Shown piece after piece: positions 35,983 through 47,159 of a stretch of DNA of 64,000 nucleotides (positions are counted from its first letter, which is position 1; every line of letters begins with the position of its first letter). The stretch covers positions 3,906,001-3,970,000 of the forward strand of contig NC_047026.1 in NCBI RefSeq assembly GCF_902652985.1, read 5' to 3'. A program made the translations under genes and the position numbers. The DNA is from Pecten maximus (taxonomy: Eukaryota). The notes beneath the pieces are model-generated. The model had not been told where the DNA came from and did no database searches. It saw only the letters and a program-made list of their open reading frames with translations.

Positions 35983-38819
35983 GGCTGCACATCTGCGAGT
36001 TGAGAGGATTATGAAAACGATACAGATACTTTGCTTCTTTATTCAGAATATCTTCATTTGAACCGAGTGTCCGATGAAGTTGGATAATTATTATTACATA
36101 GTTATTGTTGAGGCTATATTTATTGCTTACAATAGCAACAGAAGTTGCTGCATTATGTACTAGTAATTCGACTGGTTTTATTTTCAATTTTTTTTTTTTT
36201 TTTCCAATAAATAAAAACAAAAGCGACATGTTTTCATTGATGCTACGGCATTGTGTAGTTCCTACGTATAGCGTGAGAGAGGGATTCAAATCACATGCCA
36301 AATATGTGCTGGTGTGTGCCGTTACCACTTCCATGTCCGTGTTTAATCGTATTGTGATGTTATAATCCTTGGGTCACAACATAATGTCATATAGATGTGC
36401 ACGTTGGTATATACGGACGTAAAATCTGCATCCGAAGTCATTCTTCTGATGTCGTTCATAATTCTTTTTAATATCATATTTAAGAATTGCCACTTGTATG
36501 AAGAAATACCATTTTATCATAAAATCGTGGTGATATTAACATATTGTTGATGGAAGATCAGAAAGTAATTCAGAAAGGAATAAAGTGTTTGGAATTCAGA
36601 TACTAACACTTGAGAATCGATGACCACATGAAGTAGATATGAAGGATTTTTGGCGTTTGCAGGATAGCTTTACTTTGTTACGCTTATATCTGAATAGTAG
36701 GTGAATTCACAATTTATTGTGAAGCATTTGTGTATGTTCAATCAAACTTTGGAAGATATTTTTTATAACTTAACTGAGCAATACAAGAATAATGGAAAGC
36801 AAAACTATCCTGGTTCATGCTGAAATATGCCTTGCATCATTTGAGTTCCAAAATTAACAAAAAAAAATTGCATGAAACTTTATGTAAAGAGTCCTTCAGT
36901 GTGCGGTATACCAGAGACTCTGATCTCTGCTTATAAGCCATCAGTCCAGTTTGTGAATATTATCAATGATACATTTTCTGTGATATTAGCCTATGCTGTT
37001 TGTGTGTAAGTGAAATATGTTGTATGTCGATACCAAATCAAATTTTACCAGTGTCACGAGCTAGGTGTATGCTGTTCTTATATGGTGAGGTATTGTTCCA
37101 ATATTGATAAATACAAACTTCCTAGAGTTGAGAAGGGCCTCCAGTTCTACGAGTGCGAATCAGTGTAAATCTTTCAGTGCTAACACCTCAGTATTAACTA
37201 ATACATGTATGTGGATAGCTTGAGATCAAAATCACATTCAATTTTAATTTCCCTGGGATGTTTTTTTCTTTCCTATATGAATTTTTTTTTTTTAGTTCAC
37301 ATATATATACTGTATATGTATACATGTGTACATAAAAACTTAACTGATTGATATATTTTAATACTAGCTAAAGGCATGAAACCGTTTCATATTTTAATTC
37401 CACTTACCAGAACACTTGGAAATTAATAGCAAATGAGGAGGTGAGCTCATTGTATGTAGTCCGCGTATTTTGCCGTTAATAGTGAAAGAGGGATATGCTT
37501 ATAGAATATACAGGGTTTGAACTGTGCTGATGTGGCGAGATTTGATGTTCAAGAGAATTACACTGTACTGGTGTGAGTGATAGGTACATTTACTGATAAC
37601 AATGTACTTATGCCTAATTATCATGGTATGTACAGATGTTGATTGGGAAAGCAAGTGCTCGAGTATAATATTCATCGCCGATCTGTAGGCCCAGAGCGCT
37701 ACACTACCATTAGGGATAAAGGTTATTTAGTGTGTCGGTAGAAGATGAGAGCACTTATAATGTTTATCTGAAAAAACTTCTGATTTATGTTTAAATTAAT
37801 GTATAAATCAATAAATGTTTAAGAAAAACATGGTCTCTTGTTGATTTAATCAGGGCTGTTCCAAAATTATGGGGGGGGGGGGAGATTTTGTCAGAGACCC
37901 CACCAACCATGATCAAATACATTTGTGTATTAAAACATTTAGAAACAGGAAATCTAGAAAATGGGTCTTTACCCCCACCACTCATCAAATTTTAATAAAA
38001 GTGCCTCTGATTGAAGAGCTACCAATTTTGTTCAAATGAATGACCTTGACCTACATTCATTATCACGGGGTCAAATAGGCGAAAGCCTGTTTAACAACTT
38101 GTCTATAAACAGATACCCAGGATGTTTACATTGGGCCTGTAGCATGCTTCAATTCGTTGAAGTGCTAAAGTTGACCCCGGACGGACGCTGCACCACAGCA
38201 TAAGCTTACTTGCAATTTGGGCAGGTGAGAATTGTTGACGAACAGACGATCTGCCATGACAAGCGCTCATATTTTGTCTTCAACCAGTGGAATGAAAAGC
38301 AGCATGTTAACAAATATCACAAATAATTTATTAGCACTAATTAATATGTTTGATATTATGATTAATTACTATCATTATACTGGACTGTACACAGGTACAT
38401 TCTGTTTTATTACAAATACATTTTTACGTATGACTTGGAAGTATAAACAGTCTATCACTGCTTTCAGTAACAATGCCTCAAAATTGAAATGCAGGATGAC
38501 CGTGTAGACCAATACAAACACATCCAGATACACTAGATAAAATACTGATAAAAACATGTCGACGTTTGCCATTATAACCAGTTGATCTTGCTTGATCTAA
38601 TGATGCAGGAACATTTAAAACTCATAACTGGGTAGATGTGTCTCAAATAGCACTTATTCACATTACAACATAAAAATAAACAAAAAAAATACAAAATAAA
38701 TATTGAATATAACTAGACTCTGAAGATCTCTATATAATGAATTTGATGGCTTCGTCATCTAATCAGACTTGTTACAGTGAAAACTAGAATTTCTCAGCTC
38801 GAATCAGACTGGCCAAATA

Positions 38820-39760
38820 GGGACTTAATCAAATTCAGACTTTCCTAACCTTAGGTCATGTGAGGCTCGAACTCTCAACAATGAAAATGTGGACTTTCTC
38901 AAATTAGGGCAAGTAAAGCTCTCAACAATGAAAAGATGGACTGGCAACACTGAAAATACAGACATTCTCGATTTCAGACTTATAACAATTTAAATACAGA
39001 CATTCTGAATTTCAAGGTCATAACAATGAAGACATTCTCGATTTCATATTCACAACACTGAAAATACAGACATTCTCCATTTCAAATTAACAACATTGAA
39101 AATACAGACATTCTCGATTTATGACTCATAATAATGAAAGTACAGACATTCTCCATTTCAGATTCACAACACTGAAAATACAGACATTCTCAACTTCAAG
39201 GTCATAATAATGAAAGTACAGACATTCTCCATTTCAGATTCACAACACTGAAATACAGGCATTCTCAATTTATGACTCATAATAATAAAAATACAGACAT
39301 TCTCCATTTCGGATTCACAACACTCAAAATACAGACATTCTTGATTTCAGACTTATAACACTGAAAAAAACAGACATAATCAATTTCAGACTTAAACCAA
39401 TTTAAATACAGACATTCTTGATTTCAGATTCACAACACTGAATATACAGACTTTCTCAACTTCGGGCAAGTCAGGCTCTCAACAACAGAAATATTGACTT
39501 TCTCAAAATTACACTTGTAACAAAGATATTCAGATTTTCTCAACTTCAGACTTTTAATCTCAACATTGAAAATACTGACTTTTTCAACTTTTAAAATACT
39601 CAACAATGCAAATATGAACTTTTTCAACTTCAGACTAACAACAGTAAAAATATTGGACTTTCTCAACATTAGACTCGCTCTCACTCTTTTCCAACAATGA
39701 AAACAAGGGTTTTCTCAAGTATAGACTCATATTCACTCTTTTTCAACTTTCAAGCTTGCT
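38820..39760. repeat. ~40-bp minisatellite (AACACTGAAAATACAGACATTCTC.ATTTCAGA.TCA.), degenerate at edges
   Basis: Repeated TACAGACATTCTC units between the KCMF1 and FEM1 3' ends. Confidence 0.85.
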
Positions 39761-40839
39761 ATAAAGAGAAACCATTTAATTTTTTAGAGTGGAAAAACAA
39801 TTCTTAACTTCCATTTATTGCAATCCTGAATATCAGTTAAAACATAACAATACCCTGGTAACATTGATAATACATATTGTATCTAGGTAGTTAAAATGAT
39901 GACACTATAAGAATTTCAACCATAATGTTCTACAATCGGGTAAATGTTTTCATCATTGACTCTAAGCCTTGTACTTAACCTAATTTTATTAGATTCCGCG
40001 TTATACACTAAAAATGTGTTTTCAGTACATACCCGGTATATACTTTTCTGTATACAATTGTAAATGTACAGAATATTCGATAGTTTTCTGTTGAATATCA
40101 TATATGTATATAAATATATTAAACAAGTTTATGTCAGAATATTAAGCACATAATAATATAAATCCAACTCGCATGCAATTAACATATTCCTCATCTGTCA
40201 ATATATCAAGGTAGTGTTTCTCTGTCAGCAAGGAATATCTTGGGAATATTTTATTCTACATCTCTATTTCAGAATATAAACCACCTTCACCGTTTTTTCA
40301 GGATATATTGGGAAGTTTGCTACCCGACTGAAAATGGTGAATTTTTGCCAAGCAAAGTTTAAAAGTAAGATGAGAGGGAAAATTGCTGTCGAGAATAAGA
40401 AAATAAAAAATGTCGGTAATTTTGAAGACTTAATTTGGAAAAATAAACACACTATTTAGGACGGTGCCTAATTACTAGAACTTTCCTCATAGATTGCATT
40501 GAAAGTGTTTCAAGTGAGAAAGACTCAACATTGCAAATTAGTCATGTTTTGAATTGCTTATACTATATATGTCGGAGCAAATACAACTGAATGTAGCCGG
40601 GAACCACGGGCCTGTTCGTTTATACGGACAAAACGGTTCGTCATTTTTTAAATGTAATATTTCAAACATATATCTTGACGGACCTTCAAATGTTAATACA
40701 GGCCTTGGGAGTCTTTGTCAAGGCTCGTCTGAAAACTATATAAAATCACCAGGTCTGTCTTAATTTCATAAACGAACAACACCGGTCCAAGTGGTCTAAC
40801 CGTTTGGACCGCAAAAACGAAAACGGCCCAGATCAACGG

Positions 40840-43322
40840 TTACCCGTGCATTTCTATGAAGGGGAAAAGAGATACGGGGACCTCAGTGTGATAAGGTATT
40901 TTGTAGCGCATGATGACCTCTGCCGATAGACACCTTAGTGTACGATATTGCAGAGGGGGAACAGGCAGCCCCTGGTTTTGCATCATCTGCAGGGCACTTA
41001 ATCCTTCCCCGTTGTAGATGTCCACATGAGCACCGTTCTGAAGTAAACAAGCCAGAATGCCTTCATTTTGAAGTTCCGAGTAAGTGAGAAACTTAATGCT
41101 GTTGTGAAGTGGCGTGTTTCTTTTCTTGTCCACAGCATTAGTCTGGGCCCCGCAGGTGATAAGGGTCTGAACAACGGCCAACGATGGGAAGGGAGAATAG
41201 AACTCCTCACTGGTCAGCGAGATCTTTGGATCCACCGCCAAGTGCAGTAAGCTCTCCATATCTTGACCACGTGGGTCAAGAGTAACGAGTCGGTGCACAA
41301 GTCTGTGGAATTCAAATTTCTGTTGATCTTTGGGCTCCAGTCGAGATATGAGATGGACCACATGTAGGGAGAGCTGTAGAAGCAGTTGAAAGTCGCCAAG
41401 TGAAGAACTTGGGTTCGTAGGATTTGTCTTAAGGAAGTTTATTCCACCTTCAATTTGCTGAATCAGTATTGAAAATACTTCAAATGCATCTGTAATTTGT
41501 ACCTGTAAGAAGAAAATTAAAAAGAATTTTGTTTACAAGTTGTCTGATATTACTGACTTCAATTTTACAGACAGTGTCATCGTCCGATACCCACGGTTGA
41601 TTGCACTATGCTACACTACACTTATAATTATCACCCATGGGTCAACTCGGAGAAAAATTCTCATTTCAATTAGAAACTATGAGGACCTGTTATAACATTT
41701 GTTTTTTATTTAAACTTTTAGGGAACAAAAAGGCATCTCCCTAAATTAGCCGTTATTCATAATAAGCACATAATATGCAATTGTAGAAAATGATGAACTT
41801 TAATTTGATCAAAGTATTTAAAACATGTCAATGGAAGAGTCTGCACAATATTTCACTACAAGTTTGGAATTTATTTTACTTAACGATTCAAGTCACTGTG
41901 ACCTTAATAATATGTATTGACACACTTTCTATGGGTGACCCAGATCAGCTTCAGTACCATAATTTTTCACATCCAAACTGGAAATCAAATCAGTCGCCTT
42001 GGTGAAAGGTGAGTGTATGGTCATTACTTAATCACCATTTTTACAAAAATATCATTAATAATCAATACCTTTTCCTCTGTCGCTCCAGATTCTAGCTCCA
42101 CCTGCATCTCCCAAAAGAGCTTGATGAGAGCCTGTACGGTGAACAAACATTCGTGGTTGAGTGGTTCCCCCTTCTTGTTCCTCAGTATGTAAGCATATTT
42201 CCACAAATCCACACATCGTTGATACCTATGGCTGTCTGCATACACTGCACCTCTGTACATCAACCCGAAGGTGGTGTCCTTGTGGAACGGTCCAATGACT
42301 CTCTCTCGAATAAGTAGAGCCTGCATGTACACATCATCTGGTTCGATGATGTCCTCAACTTCCTTCAAAGTAGTGGGTTCTCGCGCATGCTGATATGCAA
42401 AATTGGTAGCTACGGGTAGATCTTTCATTATTATATTGTTTGGATCCGAATATCTCATGGACATGGCTTTTTTCCACACTGACAAAGCACGGACAATATC
42501 ATGTACTTCATCAACAAAGTTTGTACCAAGGAGTTCGTAGGAATGAATTGCAGTTTCTTTATTCTGGACAGTATTTTCTAAGATATAGTCTACAATTATA
42601 GTAAATCCTCGCAATGCCGCCGTTTGTAAAGCATCATCACCGAAATCATTTTTGGCGGTGTGATCTGAGCCACAGCTCAACAGGAGCATCACAGTGTCCA
42701 ATCTACCCTCCCTTATAGCATAATGCAGGGCAAGGTTGCCAGAGTTGTCCCTCGCATTCACATCGACACCTTTCGATATTAGAAACTCACACAGACGAAC
42801 GCTTTGAACCGAGTTGATCAGACATGTTCCGCCATTAATGTTTGGTTTGTGGATGTCCGCACCATTGTCCACTAAAAGTTTCACCACCGAGATGTTTGTC
42901 ATGTAGCAAGCCGACCGCACCGGCGTCGACTCTGTGTCAGAAGGACTGTTTATATTGGCACCGTGGGATATCAACGATTTCACCACCTCCAGATTTCCTG
43001 CCACAGCCGCGCACCATAATGGCGTCACATCGTGTCGAGAATGGTCAATCTCTACTTCGTAAATTCCACGCTGTTCATAGTCTCCGCCACATTCATCCAG
43101 GATGTAATTGCCGATGTGTACTTTCCCCCTGAGACAAGCATTAAACAGGGCAGCATTACCGTTGATTTTGAAATTGACAATTTTGCGTCGTTGATCTTTA
43201 GAGAACTTCCTGAGTGTTGCCTTGAGTTTGCTGAGCTTATCCTCCTGAATACAGTTGTGTACGATGGAGGCATACCACGAGACATCAACATCCTCGCAGC
43301 GAGCAGACGTACATGCCATCAT
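40840..43322 (-). CDS. FEM1: Protein fem-1 homolog (FEM1 family, CRL2 substrate adaptor), ~638 aa; coding exons 42069-43322 and 40840-41502
   Basis: Ankyrin repeats TPLWCAAVAG, STPVRSACY, GGTCLINSV, central YRGAVYADS..RCVDLWKYA, C-terminal ankyrin NTPLH and BC-box TLRCLSAEVI; GT-AG intron 41503-42068 phase 0. Paralogue (A/B/C) not assignable by eye. Confidence 0.93.
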
Positions 43323-43898
43323 GCCAACAGCTACTTTCCTGCAAAACAAGATACCATAATTATATATAAAGGTGACTTCAATTTTTTTTTCCTTAGAGAG
43401 TATTAGTATTGAAAAGCCCCTCCTGTACTTTTCATAAGGACTACACAGTCTGTGTTTCCATTACGAGAAAGATTTGAGAAATAACCAAATGGTTTGTAAT
43501 CAATGATGAACCCCTCCACAAATATCTTGATGTAGTATATATATATTTCTTAAGGGATATAGTAACAGAAACATTAAAAACAGAAATTTTATTGTAAAAT
43601 CACTTCAAATAAATAAAACAACCTAGTTCATAATTGGGATCTTATCAGAATCTACACAAGTCAGAGAGCTTATCTGAAATATTGTTTTTGTGAAACCGTT
43701 ACAATAAAATTATTGTATTAGTGTTTATCTATGTCGTGACTGGCTTGTTTTTGTTCTAATTATCAAAATAGTATTGTATTGATAATTTTCATAATGGAAA
43801 AACAGCTATTTATATCATGTGAAACCATACAAACTGTCTCATTTGAGCTTTTTTGCCATTCAGACGAAAAGTTCGTCCGCTAGTCAGCTTTATATTCT

Positions 43899-44346
43899 TG
43901 TAAAAGTTCAAGGAGTAGTAGTGTGCAGCCAGCAGGGATCGAACCCGCGACCCTCGGCTTACTGGTCCGCCGCTCTACCGACTGAGCTAAAGGGAAATTC
44001 CCCATAGCCGGAAGCTATAAGGCGACCATACAACTATGTACAGTATTTACAATTAAAACCCGGCCTGCTACACTACTCCCTCCTTCAAACGTGTTCGCCC
44101 CCGAACACACCAACCCAGGTTCTCTCTCCAAGGAAGCCTATTGCTTTCACTTGGAGTGGTCTGCGGCACCAATGTAAAAGTTCAAGGAGTAGTAATGTGC
44201 AGCCAGCCGGGATCGGCCCCGCGACCCTCGGCTTACTGGTCCGCCTCTCTATCAACTGAGCTAAAGGGAAATTCCCCCTAGCCGGAAGCTAGAAGGTGAC
44301 CATACAGCTATGTACAGTATTTACAATTAAAACCCGGCCTGCTACA
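43899..44346 (-). mobile_element. Complete TRIM with tRNA-derived LTRs (second family), Helenus/TRIMp3-like; LTRs 43899-44072 and 44173-44346
   Basis: 174-bp LTRs TGTAG..TTACA on minus strand; PBS TGGTGCCG; PPT GAAGGAGGGAGTAG; perfect 4-bp TSD TTCT (43895-43898, 44347-44350); A box TAGCTCAGTCGG, AGT loop, B box GGTTCGATCC. Confidence 0.92.
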
Positions 44347-45119
44347 TTCTCTTTTAGCATTTTGTGGTTATATTTGATATTTAATATTTTTGTGATACAG
44401 CAGTATTAAAATTTTATGCTGGCGTACTATAATACTATAAGTGTCATGCTCTACCTTAATGGAAACACTGATCACTCAACAATTTTAACACAGACTTTAG
44501 CAAGGAGCAAAGATAGACAAAGATAGACAGTGGAAAACAGAATTGAAATATTTCACTTTCACACACTCTGTCCCATATTTTACTTCGTCCCCAGCTTCTT
44601 GTTTAATTCAACCACAGGGGCATGTCTAGTCTTAAATAAAGGTATTTCTGGCTATTTTTTTTTTTATATATAAGATAGACATGCCCCTAGCTGTGATTCA
44701 ACCCCCTCCCCTCCCAACAGGGTTATCAGACAGTGATTTCAGAAAATTGGGAACACTAGCATCAGACAAGTTCTCCATATAGCTTGCATGAAGGCGTATC
44801 TACGCTCAATTTCTTAAAATTAACACAAGAAAAAAAATTTAACTTGCGTCATTATCGCAAACAAAATCCGGATAATTGCGTCAGCTCCCGACTCCATTTT
44901 TCAGTTAAGCAGAATACGCATGAGCACAAGTCACAAAGACGCTTCGAAAATGTGGGTTATACATGTGTGTTTTTAAAGCGTTTTCATGATCACGATAATA
45001 AAGTATAAACATGTGTGCGGTGAAGCAATCATCGCTGCGACAAAATTTGCTTTTCACGTAAGGAAAATCATTCTGAAAGACAAATAGAAACATTTATCAA
45101 AAACATTAGATGTGTTCAT

Positions 45120-46325
45120 GGGTTTGAATATCAACTGTTTACAAGAAACACCCGATAAGTCACTAGGGGTGGAGAAAGACCCCAGGGCTATTTTACATGA
45201 TCGTGTTCATCTCTTGATGCCCTTGGTTCAAGGGAAATTGTTTATAGCAAAATATAGCTCAAGTTTCCTCTGGCCCCGACACCATGTATACCAGACATGG
45301 TGTCAGTGCCTTCATTCAACCCCATTTGGGTCATGCAGTCTCCTCATTTGTAGCTTTTTGAATCTCCACCACTCGGGGAAAGCTACCAGTCAAATATGAA
45401 CGATATCTATAGCTTTGTTCCAGTGAAGAACTTGTTTATAGCAATAAAGCCAAATTTCTCCCTTTGGGGGTCAGCCCCACCATTTGTAGCTTATATAATA
45501 CAACCACCAGGAATGCTACCGAGGGACATCGATTTGATAGAGAACATCCAGAGGAGGGCCACAAAACTCATACCTGGTTTTAAAAACTTGTCGTACCCGG
45601 AACGCTTGCAGAGACTGAAACTGCTAACCTTAGAACACCGAAGGAATAGAGGTGACCTAATCAACGTCTTTAAAATCGTGAAGAATATTTATGACGAGCG
45701 AGTCACAACAAATATGTTCCAAATGGACACCACCAGCAGGACAAGGGGACACTCGCACAAAATATTCAAAAAAAACGATGTAACCTAGACATAAGAAAAA
45801 ACTTTTTCAGCTTCAGGGTAGTAGATGTTTGGAACAATTTGCCACAACATGTTATAGATGCCGAGGAGGTTAAACAGTTTGAAATTGCACTGGACAATCA
45901 CTGGGATAATAACAACAAATAACTTGTGTATATATATGAAAAAGGACAAATTAACTCATTGCACACCAGATGTATATCACATTGTAAACATTGTAATATC
46001 AATTGATATGGACATAGAGGCTTACAGCCTGCGTCCATTATTTATCGTATTAAATCGTATTAAATCGCTACCAGTCAAATATTATTAATATCCATAGCTT
46101 TGTTCCGGAGAAGTCATTTATAGCAATATAGCTAAATTGCTGCCTTTTGGCTCAGACCCTCAGCTCCCGTCTCTGGCCGACCACTTACTTTTAATATGCT
46201 TCTTTTCAAATTTGGTTAAATTCCAATCAGTAGTTAGGAAGAATAAGTCGTTTTTGTGAAATTGTTGACAGACGGACGGACAACAGATGCCACAGTATGG
46301 CCTAAGCTCACCTTTTATGAGCTAA
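45120..46325 (+). mobile_element. Helentron/HINE-type remnant interrupted by a CR1 insertion
   Basis: Internal repeats GCTACCAGTCAAATAT..TAGCTTTGTTCC on both sides of the LINE; 3' GACAGACGGACGGAC and TAAGCTCA..TGAGCTAA. Confidence 0.55.
45521..46066 (+). mobile_element. 5'-truncated CR1-clade LINE (ORF2 C-terminus, 3' UTR, tail)
   Basis: DIDLIENIQRRATKLIPG..LSYPERL..RRNRGDLINVFK..RTRGH; tail (ATCGTATTAA)n; 6-bp TSD GCTACC (45515-45520, 46067-46072). Confidence 0.9.
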
Positions 46326-46547
46326 TAATATAATTGAGGAATCAGTAGAAAACATAGATTCAGTTGTCAATACATGTATATTGGATAAATGAGATGGAGT
46401 GAAATCACTGCTGCCGACTCGTAGCGAAATTCAACACTCTGAACCATTTATGATTGATGACCCATGAGATTGGAACAAAAAGTGAAGAAATCGAAAAGAA
46501 TGAATTAACTGAATAAATTTAACAAAAATCGTTAACATCATTCTTAC

Positions 46548-46900
46548 CGTCATTTATTGATTGAAACGTTCATTTCGTCAATGTGTAGGCATCTAGATCT
46601 AGCCAAGTAAAATCCGAAATGAAATGGAACAAGTAGGCCTACACACAACTTTCACATAATGGTTGAGCCTGTAGAAACACATCAACTCTGACTTTGTCAA
46701 AACGCACATGTCGTTATGTATACTGCGTAAATCCAAATATGTCTTTAAATCTTCGGAAAGAGGACTATCACAACAATCCAAATACACCGCTTCGTCAACA
46801 TACAGACCGAACTCTCGCCAGTATGGGCGTGGCCAATTGACCGACTTCGATAGCTTCTCTCTGATTGGTCAATCCGCCACAGTATGACACGTCACTAGCG
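46548..46900 (-). promoter_or_regulatory. Putative FEM1 promoter and non-coding first exon (donor at 46547)
   Basis: GC box GGGCGTGGC 46825, CCAAT 46833, ATTGG 46864, CACGTCAC 46888; minus-strand donor ACG|GTAAGA; FEM1 coding exon has an acceptor at 43339-43340 just upstream of its ATG. Confidence 0.6.
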
Positions 46901-46983
46901 GAGGTCACAGAGTACTTAAAAGCATACTTGTAGCGATGTAAAACAATGTTTCTAAACATATGCGATAGTAAACGTGTTAGAAT

Positions 46984-47145
46984 GGGGATAGTACATTGTT
47001 TTTCGTGGCTATACTGGCGATTAGAACATGAAATTTGGTTTAAACTCTCGACCTATCGGTCTCGAGTTCAAACTCGCTCTCGAGTTCAAACCAAATGTCA
47101 TGTTCTAATCACCAGTATAGCCACTCCAAACAACGTACTATCCCC
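46984..47145. mobile_element. Palindromic MITE, 162 bp
   Basis: Long imperfect inverted arms GGGGATAGTAC..GTGGCTATACTGG..TTAGAACATGA / TCATGTTCTAA..CCAGTATAGCCAC..GTACTATCCCC. Confidence 0.8.
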
Positions 47146-47159
47146 TAAATATTGAACTT

